DNA of 64,000 nt from contig JANOQI010000041.1 of the NCBI GenBank assembly GCA_031414775.1, positions 138,727 through 202,726 of the forward strand, in the 5' to 3' direction. The notes below the pieces were generated by a model. It ran no database searches. It saw only the letters and a list, made by a program, of their open reading frames with translations, and was not told the origin of the DNA. Position 1 is the stretch's first letter. Every line of letters begins with the position of its first letter. This document shows positions 10,543 through 20,955 of the stretch, in pieces. Position numbers and translations under genes: made by a program. This stretch comes from Synechococcales cyanobacterium VAR_4_metabat_354 (GTDB taxonomy: Bacteria > Cyanobacteriota > Cyanobacteriia > Cyanobacteriales > Chamaesiphonaceae).

Positions 10543-11268
10543 ATGTTTCAAAGTTACACGTTGTCAATCTCAAAAAAATTAGTATTAATTATGAATGCCA
10601 CAATCAAGCTTTTTTTTGGTATATTAAAAAATTGTTATGGAGGTAAATCACATCAACTATATTTTGAATTTAAAATTATTCTTGCTAAGATATTAAGACA
10701 ACTTTCTCGTCCACCTTTCCCAAGCTCTGACGCTGGAAATACTAATCTTCATTTAGGTTGCGGCTCAATTAATCATCCAGAGTTTATTAACATTGATGGG
10801 GCACCTTTTTCTCATGTTCATTATGTTAGAGCAATTGATGACCTGTCACCATTTAAAGATGAAACAATTAATTTAATTTATGCATCTCACTGCTTGGAGC
10901 ATTTTTCTTACTTGGAGGTTCCCAATATTCTTTTAGACTGGTTTAGAAAATTGAAGCCGGGAGGAATTTTAAGACTTTCTGTTCCTGACTTTGAGCAAAT
11001 AGTTTGTATTTACTTAGAAAACGACAGAAATATTGATACAATAATCGGCCCACTTATGGGTGGACAGGGTAATAAGTTTGACTTTCACCAAATTGTTTTT
11101 AATTCCAGAAAACTTAAGGAATTGCTTATTGATGCTGGGTTCAAGGATGTTAGGGAGTGGTGTCCACATTCCAGTAAACCAGGTGATCTTGATGATTGGT
11201 CGGTTCGTCAAATTCCTGTTAGTGGTAAACACTACTCCATAAGCCTTAATCTAGAAGCAATTAAATAA
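10543..11268 (+). CDS. Class I SAM-dependent methyltransferase
   Basis: LHLGCG, YASHCLEH and LKPGGILRLSVPD motifs; true start may be a later Met. Confidence 0.85.
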   Translation: MFQSYTLSISKKLVLIMNATIKLFFGILKNCYGGKSHQLYFEFKIILAKILRQLSRPPFPSSDAGNTNLHLGCGSINHPEFINIDGAPFSHVHYVRAIDDLSPFKDETINLIYASHCLEHFSYLEVPNILLDWFRKLKPGGILRLSVPDFEQIVCIYLENDRNIDTIIGPLMGGQGNKFDFHQIVFNSRKLKELLIDAGFKDVREWCPHSSKPGDLDDWSVRQIPVSGKHYSISLNLEAIK

Positions 11269-12309
11269 ATGATGCGTCCCACTCTTAGTGAATTACCTCC
11301 ATCCCCAGAAGGTAGAATAGGTTGGCCTTGGACTGAAGAAAGTTTACCCTTACCTAGTGTGATGTCAAATGGCTCTAAATGGCCACGCATAAGCATTGTT
11401 ACACCTAGTTATAATCAAGGACAGTTTATTGAAGAAACGATTAGATCGGTTTTACTACAGGGTTATCCAAATCTAGAGTACATAATATTGGATGGAGGTA
11501 GCACTGACAACTCTCTTGATATTATTCAAAAATACAGTAATTTTTTCACTTTTTGGGTCAGTGAAAAAGATGAAGGACAAGCTGATGCTATCAACAAAGG
11601 ATTTGAAAAAATTACAGGTGAAATTACTTCATTTATTAACTCAGATGATGTTTATTTACCAAATGCATTGAAATTTGCGGCTCACTTCTTTCTTGAGCAT
11701 CATGAATGTGATTTTGTTTGCGCCCAAACTATGTTTATTGATGTTAATTCCAAACATATTAAAGGCTTTGAAGAACTCTTTATGGTTGAAATAAATAACA
11801 AAACAATGACAGAAGGATGTCATATTGCCCAGCCATCAACTTTTTTTAGAGCGGCTGTTTTGCAGCACATAGGTTTTTTTAGTAAAGATTTACACTATTC
11901 TTTTGACTATGAATATTGGTTGAGAGCCTTTCTTCGTGGATTTAAATTTGGGTCAAGTAAAGAAATTATTTCTTTATTTAGACTTCATAAGTCCAGCAAA
12001 ACGGTTAGTGATTATAGTCAAGGAAAATTTGCTTTAGACTTTATCAAAATTTATCGTTGTGCGTTATCAAATAGACAACTTAGCTTACTAAATAGGAAGG
12101 GATTGTATCGAGGATTGGGAAGAGCAGGTTGTTTACTATTTATCAATCTCGAATCTAGTAGTACCACTCATGCTGCTCGTCTTTCTTTTTGGAGAATTAT
12201 ATTGCAAAATCCTGAGATTTTAGTTTTCTCATTCACATGGAAAACTCTTATTTTATCTATAGCCCCTGTTTGTTTTAGAGTATTATGGAGAAAACTTCGT
12301 GATAAATAA
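11269..12309 (+). CDS. Glycosyltransferase family 2
   Basis: ISIVTPSYNQ, DGGSTD, INSDD. Confidence 0.9.
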   Translation: MMRPTLSELPPSPEGRIGWPWTEESLPLPSVMSNGSKWPRISIVTPSYNQGQFIEETIRSVLLQGYPNLEYIILDGGSTDNSLDIIQKYSNFFTFWVSEKDEGQADAINKGFEKITGEITSFINSDDVYLPNALKFAAHFFLEHHECDFVCAQTMFIDVNSKHIKGFEELFMVEINNKTMTEGCHIAQPSTFFRAAVLQHIGFFSKDLHYSFDYEYWLRAFLRGFKFGSSKEIISLFRLHKSSKTVSDYSQGKFALDFIKIYRCALSNRQLSLLNRKGLYRGLGRAGCLLFINLESSSTTHAARLSFWRIILQNPEILVFSFTWKTLILSIAPVCFRVLWRKLRDK

Positions 12310-12336
12310 AATGTGACTTAATTTTAGTCCTGAATT

Positions 12337-12846
12337 ATGATTTATCTATTTAAAGTATTTGATCGACTAGTCTCTCATTATGAGAAATATAAAATCAATG
12401 ATTTGAAAAAACGTTTAAGTAGTTGTGGGAAGAACGTTTACATCAGTTCTAAAGTTTTTATATGGTCAGAAAATAAATTAGAAATAGGAGATGGTGTCTG
12501 TATTCATGCTTTTACTCATATTTTTGCAGGAGGTGGATTGGAAATCGGCAACGAAACAATGATTTCTAGTAACTGTTCAATAACAACTGTAACCCACCCT
12601 GTGAATCCTTTAGATAGGCTTCGGAGTATTTACAAGCCAATAGTTATTGGTAAGAACGTTTGGATTGGAACTGGTGCTGTTATCCTCCCTGGTGTCACAA
12701 TCGGAGATTATTCAATTGTAGGGGCAGGTTCAGTAGTAACTAAAAGTATTCCGTCAATGCAAGTATTTGTTGGTAATCCGGCTAAGTTTTTAAAAAATGT
12801 TCAGATTGAAGATTTGGGAGTTGTAAATCATGATCATGCTTACTGA
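12337..12846 (+). CDS. Hexapeptide-repeat O-acetyltransferase
   Basis: IGKNVWIGTGAVILPGVTIGD and VGNPAK left-handed beta-helix repeats. Confidence 0.9.
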   Translation: MIYLFKVFDRLVSHYEKYKINDLKKRLSSCGKNVYISSKVFIWSENKLEIGDGVCIHAFTHIFAGGGLEIGNETMISSNCSITTVTHPVNPLDRLRSIYKPIVIGKNVWIGTGAVILPGVTIGDYSIVGAGSVVTKSIPSMQVFVGNPAKFLKNVQIEDLGVVNHDHAY

Positions 12847-13993
12847 AAAGACCCCTAAAATCTTTTTAGCCTGTTCCGGTCTAGGTAATATTCAGCGAGG
12901 CTATGAGTCTTTTACTCAAGAATGCTTTGATGCCTTATCTCAATCTCCAGAGTTGGAAATCACTCTTTTTAAAGGAGGAGGAGGATCTGATGAGTGTCAA
13001 ATTAACTTGTGGAATTTACCTCGTAATCATCTATTCACCAAACAATTGACAACTGTATTTGGAAAACATCCTAAGTTTAGTGATCCCTATTTCATAGAGC
13101 AAGCTTCCTTTTGTCTAAGCCTGATTCCATATCTAGCTCAGCAGAAACCCGATGTCATTTTCTTTAGCGATTTTGCCTTGGGAACTATGCTCTGGAACTG
13201 GCGAAGAATTAGTAAGCTTTCCTATAAACTACTCTTTTCTAATGGTGCTCCTAATGGTCCTCCTTTTAGTCGGATGGATTGTGTGCAGCATCTTACCCCT
13301 ATTCATTATCAGGCAGCGATAGATGCTGGAGAGTCTACTGATCGACATAGTTTGGTTCCTTACGGTATTAAGCTCGAAAGGGAATATTTCCATCTCACGC
13401 AATTGGAACAGGAAGCTTTGCGATTGAGACTGAAGCTACCGATCAATCGTCCCCTGCTGCTCTCGGTGGCGGCAATTAACAAGACCCATAAGCGTATGGA
13501 CTATTTGATTCAAGAAGTTGCTCGTCTACCTGAACCTCGTCCTTACCTTCTACTATTGGGTCAGATAGACCAAGAATCCTCAGAGGTGCTTCAGCTGGGA
13601 GATCGACTGTTGGGTTCAGATAACTTCCAAGTGAAGACAGTTGCTTATGACGAAATAAGTAACTACTATCGAGTGGCTAATCTATTTGTGCTTGCTTCTC
13701 TACATGAAGGCTTTGGTAGAGTATTGCTAGAGGCTATGGGGCATGGTCTACCTTGTCTTGTCCATGATTATGACGTGACACGATTTGTCTTGAAAGAGCA
13801 AGGGTATTTTGCGGATTTTACTACTTTTGGTGGTTTGAGCGCTCTAATTAAAGAGGTTCTAGCCCAGAGCAATAATGAGGCAAAATACCAACGACATAAA
13901 TTTATTTATGAACATTTTAGTTGGGATTGTCTGCGTTCTGATTATGTGAAAATGCTTTACTTATGCACGAAAGAAAATGGGGGTATTTTATAA
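12830..13993 (+). CDS. Glycosyltransferase family 4
   Basis: EGFGRVLLEAMG motif. Confidence 0.88.
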   Translation: MIMLTEKTPKIFLACSGLGNIQRGYESFTQECFDALSQSPELEITLFKGGGGSDECQINLWNLPRNHLFTKQLTTVFGKHPKFSDPYFIEQASFCLSLIPYLAQQKPDVIFFSDFALGTMLWNWRRISKLSYKLLFSNGAPNGPPFSRMDCVQHLTPIHYQAAIDAGESTDRHSLVPYGIKLEREYFHLTQLEQEALRLRLKLPINRPLLLSVAAINKTHKRMDYLIQEVARLPEPRPYLLLLGQIDQESSEVLQLGDRLLGSDNFQVKTVAYDEISNYYRVANLFVLASLHEGFGRVLLEAMGHGLPCLVHDYDVTRFVLKEQGYFADFTTFGGLSALIKEVLAQSNNEAKYQRHKFIYEHFSWDCLRSDYVKMLYLCTKENGGIL

Positions 13994-14101
13994 AATTCTT
14001 AAAATAACTAGCAGATATTAAAAAATAAAAGAATTCATATTTTCTCCATTAGTAAAACAACAAAGATCTACAAAAAACTTACTTACAAGCTTATAAAATC
14101 A

Positions 14102-14953
14102 ATGAATTACTCACCTAAATTTTCGGTAATTATTCCTACCTATCATCGCAACGATCTGTTGGAAAAATGTCTCGACTGCCTGGCACCTAAAATTCAGACT
14201 TTAGCTGCAAGCCAATATGAAATAATTGTTACTGATGATGGTCGGGAAACAACAGCTGAACAGATGATTCGCGATCGATATCCTTGGGTGAAGTGGGTGG
14301 CAGGCTTAAGTAAAGGCCCTGCTGCTAATCGGAATAATGGAGTGAAGTATGCTCAGGGTGAATGGTTGGTATTTACCGATGATGACTGCTTGCCAGATGC
14401 TCAATGGCTAACAGCATATGCTGAAGCGATTATAGATAATAGTAATAACTATTCTGTGTTTGAAGGAAGAGTCTATGTCGATCGTCCCAGAAAAACTTTA
14501 GCTGAAAAGTCTCCTACTAACGATACTGGAGGATATCTTTGGTCATGTAATTTTGCTATCGATAGCCAGATATTTCGATCACTCGGTGGTTTTGATGAGC
14601 GCTTTCCTTATGCTGCAATGGAAGATGTCGATTTCAAATTTCGGTTAGCCAAAGCAGGAATTTTATTTTTCTTCATTCATCCTGCTTCTGTCTGCCACCC
14701 CTGGCGGCCTAGTGGTGGTTGGCTGGAACTCAAAAAGCATCAGCAATCTACACTAGTTTACTTATCCTTACATCCGGAAGAAGCAACACGAATTAATTCG
14801 CTCTACTATCTAAAACTTGCCTTACAAAGTCTAATTAAAACTACACTTCCTCAAGGCTTGAATTTGAAAGGGCGGGGAATTGGAACCCCATTACTAGAAT
14901 TAGTATCATTTTTACAAATGGTTTTCATTCTTTCTCGAAATCCTCAACAATAA
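14102..14953 (+). CDS. Glycosyltransferase family 2
   Basis: SVIIPTY, GPAANRN, FTDDDC, GGFDE..EDVD. Confidence 0.9.
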   Translation: MNYSPKFSVIIPTYHRNDLLEKCLDCLAPKIQTLAASQYEIIVTDDGRETTAEQMIRDRYPWVKWVAGLSKGPAANRNNGVKYAQGEWLVFTDDDCLPDAQWLTAYAEAIIDNSNNYSVFEGRVYVDRPRKTLAEKSPTNDTGGYLWSCNFAIDSQIFRSLGGFDERFPYAAMEDVDFKFRLAKAGILFFFIHPASVCHPWRPSGGWLELKKHQQSTLVYLSLHPEEATRINSLYYLKLALQSLIKTTLPQGLNLKGRGIGTPLLELVSFLQMVFILSRNPQQ

Positions 14954-14986
14954 GTCGCCGGTATTCCATGAATTGTTATAAATTTA

Positions 14987-15793
14987 TTAATCATAAGGTT
15001 TCCAAATAATGGCAAGCGAGTGACTATTGAGCCATGGAAATAATTTACCATTTTTAGTTGAAGTCAATGACTCTAACCCATCAATTAAACTTTTAGGTAT
15101 TGAAGGCAAAAGGTGACCAGTTTTCATATGACCTGCGGTCAACGGATTTGCAAAAAGATGTAACTCTTTCAGTACAAGACCTGCTGATTTAACTAATACC
15201 TCAATTTCATCTCTATGCAGTAAGAAAATATGCCCATCTGCATCTGGTTTAAACTGAATACTTTCAAATATTGAGGGGTCAGAACAATCGGAAAATCTAG
15301 GCAGATCATTTCTAATATATTCACCATTAGGGGTAGTCATAATGATGTAGCCACCAGGCTTAATTAAACTTGCAATACTGCACAAAAAGTCATCCGGGTG
15401 AGCAACATGCTCGATAACTTCAGTAATGATTGCGGCATCAAAAGTTGCTGGTGAATCTAACTCAAAACAGTTGCCAACGACGTATTTTATGTCACCAGTT
15501 TCATATTTAAGTTTCACATAGTCAGCTAATTCACCGCGTAAATCACTCCAAGTCACACTGTAACCTAATTCACCGAGTCGGAGTGAAAAGTTACCTTGTG
15601 CTGCGGCAATATCAACTATCTGAGAGCCAGTAGGGACATATCTTTTCAAAGCATCAATAGTCTGATTAAACCTGCATTGATAGGCCGATGTATAACCAGG
15701 ATGGCTAGTATCTCCAAAAAATTCTAACAAATCATAGTGATAGCTTAACTTCCAAGATTCTAACCAGTTAGGATTGTAAATAGGCTTTTTCAT
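14987..15793 (-). CDS. Class I SAM-dependent methyltransferase (UbiG-like)
   Basis: VDIAAAQG, EVIEHV and KPGGYIIMTTPN motifs. Confidence 0.85.
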   Translation of the reverse strand: MKKPIYNPNWLESWKLSYHYDLLEFFGDTSHPGYTSAYQCRFNQTIDALKRYVPTGSQIVDIAAAQGNFSLRLGELGYSVTWSDLRGELADYVKLKYETGDIKYVVGNCFELDSPATFDAAIITEVIEHVAHPDDFLCSIASLIKPGGYIIMTTPNGEYIRNDLPRFSDCSDPSIFESIQFKPDADGHIFLLHRDEIEVLVKSAGLVLKELHLFANPLTAGHMKTGHLLPSIPKSLIDGLESLTSTKNGKLFPWLNSHSLAIIWKPYD

Positions 15794-15996
15794 TGTCTGT
15801 CAGCTTTTTGATTTTAAATTTATTCGCCATTGGGAGCTTAAATTTGCTCTCAACTGATTTCGTTTCTATTGTACCCTTGCTTTAGCTTATTTTTCTATCC
15901 CTACCCTTTTTCTAGGAATAACATCTACTATCGATCGAGAACTGACTTAAAGACGCTAAAATTATATTTACAGAGAAGCAAGAATGCAGTGAAAAT

Positions 15997-16611
15997 ATGA
16001 CTAACACTCTCTTCCAAGTCAGAATTACCGACTTCGACCAATTTATTGATTGGTATCCTGAAGAATCCGAACAGAAATACGAACTCCACGATGGAATGAT
16101 TGTCACCATGCCGAAGCCCAAAGGAAAACATTCCCAAATAGCAGGCTTCTTGATGAATGAGTTAGGCTTTGAGACCAAAAAACTAGGCTTACCATATTTC
16201 CTTCCGAAAGAATCCATTGTTAAAATTGATGATTTATCTGGTTATGAACCAGATGTAATCGTCTTGAAAAAAGAAGCGATTTTAACCGAACCCAGATGGG
16301 AAAAAGAATCTACAATCATTTCCGGTGGATCTATTGAACTCATTATTGAGATTGCTAGCACCAACTGGAGCGATGACTATGCCCTGAAACTAGATGCCTA
16401 TGAATCAATGGGCATTCCAGAGTATTGGATCGTTGACTATCTCGGATTAGGTGGTCGAAAATTTATCGGTCATCCAAAACGACCTACCTTAACAATTTAT
16501 AATTTGCGAGAATATGAGTACATCGCAACCCAATTTAGAACAAATCAAACCATTCAATCACTAGCTTTCCCCAGTTTGCAGTTGACCGCTCGACAGATTT
16601 TTGAAGGTTGA
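15997..16611 (+). CDS. Uma2-family (PD-(D/E)XK-like) protein
   Basis: YELHDG, EPDVIV, IEIAS, GIPEYWIVD. Confidence 0.9.
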   Translation: MTNTLFQVRITDFDQFIDWYPEESEQKYELHDGMIVTMPKPKGKHSQIAGFLMNELGFETKKLGLPYFLPKESIVKIDDLSGYEPDVIVLKKEAILTEPRWEKESTIISGGSIELIIEIASTNWSDDYALKLDAYESMGIPEYWIVDYLGLGGRKFIGHPKRPTLTIYNLREYEYIATQFRTNQTIQSLAFPSLQLTARQIFEG

Positions 16612-16643
16612 GTACTTGACTTGATTTAATCCCTGATAATTGC

Positions 16644-18425
16644 TCAAACATTTTGTGCCCACCAGTGGTCCAGGATCATTAAACTCCAAGGACGATACCA
16701 TTGACTTAAAGAAATTTGGGCAGGCAGATCGAGATGAGAAAAATATTCCTCCTGTTCACTGTCAAACCACCGTTGAAAAGGAAATGTGAATCCTCGCTTC
16801 GGCTGATTAACTACCCACTCCGGCAATTCCGGTAGAGCCTGAGTTAAAAGCCCTTTGCCACGAGCCAGACGGAGACTACTGGGAATAGTCGCGATCGACT
16901 CCAACAACACTCGATCGACAAAAGGAACCCGTAATTCCAATCCCCAAGCCATACTCATCACATCACTATCCCTCAATAGTTGGTTACGCATAAACAAACT
17001 CAGTTCTAAAGTACTAACTTCATCCTCCAAAGAGGGAGAATTACTGCTCAGCTCAGCTTCTTGAAAGTTACAATTATCCTGTTCCAGCAAATATTTACTA
17101 GCAATAATCTGGGCTTCTCGATCGGAGAAAATTCCCCGTACAGCATGGTGAGCATTGGTAGTAGTAGGTTCGCGCTCCAAATAGTCACCAAAACGTTTAA
17201 ATCGAGGGTTGGAACTCCACTCCGCCAAGCCTCGGCCAACTCTACTGGTAATTGGTCGTAGAGATTTCATTGATCTACTCCAGCGCACCAGCTGGGGGAT
17301 CTGCTGAAAAGATTTATAACCCCCAAATATTTCATCACCACCCAATCCCGATAGCACCACTTTACTACCATCGGCATTGGCTAACTGCGAAACACAAAAG
17401 ACATTAAACCCATCAAAAGTGGGCTGATCTAAAGAGGCTAGAAATCTGGGAATAATTGCTTTGGTATCGCTGGCTGTAACGCAGAACTCAGTGTGTTCAG
17501 TGCCATAATATTCGGCTGTACGACGGGCGATCGAGCCTTCATCTAATTCTGATTCGTTAAAGGCAATTGAATAAGTACGAAGATCGGTAGATTGAGTCGC
17601 CCGCGCTAGGGCGACTAAGGCGGTGGAATCAATGCCGCCACTCAAAAAGATCCCAATCGGAACATCGCTGACAAAATGGTGTTCGATCGAATCAAATAAT
17701 GCGGCACGAACTTTGTCTTTGGCATCGGTTAAGGATATTTGCTCGTTACCAAAGCGGATTTGCCAGTATTGCTGCTGTTTAACTTTCCCTGCTTGCCATC
17801 TTAACCAATGACCCGCAGGCAAACATTGAATTCCTGCCACAATCGTGTGCGGTTCGGGCACCGAACCAGAAGTTAGATAACCATACAGTCCGATCGCACT
17901 CATCCGAACTGAAACCAACCGGGTGGCTAGAATGGCTTTTAGTTCTGAGGCGAAGACCAGCGTCGAGCCAGAACGCCAATAGTACAAAGGTTTGATCCCC
18001 AAGGGATCGCGAGCTAGAAAACAGGTCTGTTCCAGATCATCCCAAATCGCGAAGGCAAACATTCCCCGCAATCGATCGAGGCATTTAGCTCCTTCTCGTT
18101 GATAGAGTTTCAGAATAACTTCAGTATCAGTCTGAGACTGAAATTTTTCTCCTTGGGCGAGTAAGGTTTGTCGCAGTTCTCTAAAGTTATAAATTTCACC
18201 ATTGAAAGTGATATGGTAACGGCCATTTGGTGTAGACATCGGTTGATGTCCGGCCGGACTGAGATCGAGAATAGCCAAGCGGGTATGAGCGAGAGCCGTT
18301 GTCTGATCCGGCGAGCTGTGGTAGATTCCGGTACCATCGGGTCCCCGATGGTGCAAAGAAGTTTGCATTGCTCGAATTTTTTCGATAGCTTGAGAATGAT
18401 TTAGAATGCCTGCGATACCACACAT
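16644..18425 (-). CDS. asnB: Asparagine synthase (glutamine-hydrolysing) family amidotransferase, probably polysaccharide-modifying
   Basis: N-terminal MCGIAG, HRGPD, FNGEIYN, LSGGIDS, ELRVPF. Confidence 0.9.
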   Translation of the reverse strand: MCGIAGILNHSQAIEKIRAMQTSLHHRGPDGTGIYHSSPDQTTALAHTRLAILDLSPAGHQPMSTPNGRYHITFNGEIYNFRELRQTLLAQGEKFQSQTDTEVILKLYQREGAKCLDRLRGMFAFAIWDDLEQTCFLARDPLGIKPLYYWRSGSTLVFASELKAILATRLVSVRMSAIGLYGYLTSGSVPEPHTIVAGIQCLPAGHWLRWQAGKVKQQQYWQIRFGNEQISLTDAKDKVRAALFDSIEHHFVSDVPIGIFLSGGIDSTALVALARATQSTDLRTYSIAFNESELDEGSIARRTAEYYGTEHTEFCVTASDTKAIIPRFLASLDQPTFDGFNVFCVSQLANADGSKVVLSGLGGDEIFGGYKSFQQIPQLVRWSRSMKSLRPITSRVGRGLAEWSSNPRFKRFGDYLEREPTTTNAHHAVRGIFSDREAQIIASKYLLEQDNCNFQEAELSSNSPSLEDEVSTLELSLFMRNQLLRDSDVMSMAWGLELRVPFVDRVLLESIATIPSSLRLARGKGLLTQALPELPEWVVNQPKRGFTFPFQRWFDSEQEEYFSHLDLPAQISLSQWYRPWSLMILDHWWAQNV

Positions 18426-18527
18426 AGTTTTTATTTCCTAATGATTATTTGCAGGCGAAATATTTATGACAACGATACAATAGCGGCTATTTCTCTGGCG
18501 ATTTAGTCATTTATAAAATTAATTCTT

Positions 18528-19736
18528 CTAATATACTATCAGACCTGAATATATAGATACTAATTCTGTTCCCAGTCGATCGCGATTAAACCGTTCGGTC
18601 ACAGTTTTTCTTGCCGCTTTGCCGATTGCCAATCGTTGCTCTGGCGAATTTATTAAATCTCGAATTGCTTCCGCTAGAGCCTGCGGATTTCCCGGCGCTA
18701 CTCCGATCGCGTCTTGGCTGTGGGTAAATAGTTCTGCTGCGCCCCCGGCATTAGCCACAATTACCGCTTTTTCACAGGCCATCGCTTCCACAATTGTGCG
18801 CCCAAAAGGTTCCGGTTTAGTACTAGCATGAACGACAATATCCAAAGAGTGATATATTGATTCAATATCAGTACAGAAGTCGATAAACTCTATCCAGTTT
18901 TCAATATTTAAATCCTGAGTCAGCTTAATTAATTCCGAGCGGGAGTATTGCGATCGATCCGTCTCGTAGATAGCCCCGCCGACAATATAGAACTTAACTT
19001 TTGTGATTAATAGGGGCTGCTGCTGGGCAAGATCGGCAATAGCCTGTAAAAAGATTTCATGACCTTTCCAGCGGGCGTAAGTAGCAACCAATCCAACCCT
19101 GATGATGTTAGCATTACCGATTGATATTGTTGATTGCAAGTCAGAAAGGGGAGTGAACCTGGTAATGTCTACTACATTGTAAATAACTTTGATCGGTAGG
19201 TTTGGAAAAACACTGTGCCAATCATCTTTTGTTGCTTCACTGTTAGCAATTGCTAGCCCAACTTTATTTTTTACCAACGCTAGCAGTTTTTTCATTAATG
19301 ATCGAGAGCTAATAAAATCCCGTAGCCGCCAAATGATCGGACAAGAAACATTCAGACTAGTTACCAATAGATGAGTTTTAAAGCCATTGGAATCAATCAG
19401 ATCAGGATTAATTTTATTGATTGTTTGCTGCAAATTGCGCCAGTATTTAAAAAGCTCACTACTAGCTATCAATAATTGCCATAAATTAGAAATAATATTT
19501 TGCAACTCAAAACTGCTATCACCTAATTTAGAGATTTGCGCTGGCAATGGCACCAGAAATACCTGGACACCTAATGTTTCTAACTCACTGGCCAGATCAC
19601 CATGGGCAGCAGTAATAATGATCGATAGTTCTGCCAATGGTAGCTGTTGGCGGAGTGCAAAAATATTATCAATTAAACTGCGCTCAGCGCCGCCGAGCTG
19701 ACTGGATGGACTGAGGTAAAGAATTTTTATGCTCAT
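18528..19736 (-). CDS. Glycosyltransferase family 4
   Basis: GGAERS and EPFGRTIVEAMA motifs. Confidence 0.9.
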   Translation of the reverse strand: MSIKILYLSPSSQLGGAERSLIDNIFALRQQLPLAELSIIITAAHGDLASELETLGVQVFLVPLPAQISKLGDSSFELQNIISNLWQLLIASSELFKYWRNLQQTINKINPDLIDSNGFKTHLLVTSLNVSCPIIWRLRDFISSRSLMKKLLALVKNKVGLAIANSEATKDDWHSVFPNLPIKVIYNVVDITRFTPLSDLQSTISIGNANIIRVGLVATYARWKGHEIFLQAIADLAQQQPLLITKVKFYIVGGAIYETDRSQYSRSELIKLTQDLNIENWIEFIDFCTDIESIYHSLDIVVHASTKPEPFGRTIVEAMACEKAVIVANAGGAAELFTHSQDAIGVAPGNPQALAEAIRDLINSPEQRLAIGKAARKTVTERFNRDRLGTELVSIYSGLIVY

Positions 19737-19745
19737 AGTCTCTTT

Positions 19746-20882
19746 TTAAATTGCTGCTGCGAGGCGAAGATAGGCTGTCATCACCGATTTGGCATGTTGC
19801 TCCCAACTATAGTGATTGGCCTGGGCTAATCTCTGGGCTAAGAGTGGAGTCGCATCTGGTTTTAGTAGAGCCTGATGCGTGCTATCTACCCACTGAGCAA
19901 TATCACCTACTGGACAGTAAATAACAGCATCGCCACCGACCTCGCGCAGAGCCGGGATATCACTAGCAATCACGATTGCACCACAGGCCAGAGCTTCGAT
20001 CGCGGGCAGTCCAAATCCTTCCAATTCACTGGTAATCATCACTATCGCCGCTTGTTGGTATAAGGCTGCAACTGTTTGATTTGGTACTTTGGTGAGGTGG
20101 AAAATTTTCTCACCAATCTGGAGATCGGTAATTTGTTGTCGCTGCGATTGGCTCCATTCCCCGCCGACTTTGACTAGTAATAATTCTGGTGATCGATCGC
20201 GCAATTGAGCGAAAACATTTAATAGTACGTCGATGCGCTTACGCGGAATACAGCTCCCCACGTGCATCAGATAAGGCTGTCCTTGTAGTTTTTTTTGTAG
20301 TTGTACTGTAATTGCATTGTCCAGTATCGGGCTGATCTGATATTCTGGTGATACTCCTAAGGGTGCCGACACTAACCGGGCCGGATCGATCAGCTGGGAT
20401 TGCTCGATTTGTTGGCGGACGGCATTGGTGGTATAAAACACAATTCCCGCTTTCTGCATTCCTTTCAAAATTTGTTTAGACAGCTCCCGATAAATCCGAC
20501 TGCCGGTATATTGCTCTGGATCAATAATTGCTTGAAATGCATCGAGATCGTGACAAAAAACCCCGGTGCGATCGATCGGTAAAGTGTGAGCGAGATGAGC
20601 ATAAGAGTGATCAGCAATATGGAATAGATCGTAATCTTGATGGTTCGATCGCAAGTACCGGGGATATTCCCAATACCGATTGATCAATCGATCGGCATTA
20701 AAACTGTGCCTTTTCCCCATAAAAGAATGTAGATATTGAAATCGCCACTGGAACTGCGGGCGTATTTGGGTGGGATGGATTTCCCGATTCATGTTTAATA
20801 ATCCATCGCTCAACATTTGGGCACAAATATTCATGCTCATCCAGTTTTCTTCATAGTAGTCGCAAACAATTCCTAGTTTCAT
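19746..20882 (-). CDS. Glycosyltransferase family 4
   Basis: EGFGLPAIEALACG motif. Confidence 0.9.
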   Translation of the reverse strand: MKLGIVCDYYEENWMSMNICAQMLSDGLLNMNREIHPTQIRPQFQWRFQYLHSFMGKRHSFNADRLINRYWEYPRYLRSNHQDYDLFHIADHSYAHLAHTLPIDRTGVFCHDLDAFQAIIDPEQYTGSRIYRELSKQILKGMQKAGIVFYTTNAVRQQIEQSQLIDPARLVSAPLGVSPEYQISPILDNAITVQLQKKLQGQPYLMHVGSCIPRKRIDVLLNVFAQLRDRSPELLLVKVGGEWSQSQRQQITDLQIGEKIFHLTKVPNQTVAALYQQAAIVMITSELEGFGLPAIEALACGAIVIASDIPALREVGGDAVIYCPVGDIAQWVDSTHQALLKPDATPLLAQRLAQANHYSWEQHAKSVMTAYLRLAAAI

Positions 20883-20955
20883 TAATCTAGTCTAAAAAAA
20901 TATTGGGAAAGCTGTGCTTAAATTCCACCAGATTGGTGCTTAAAATCCCACTCGA

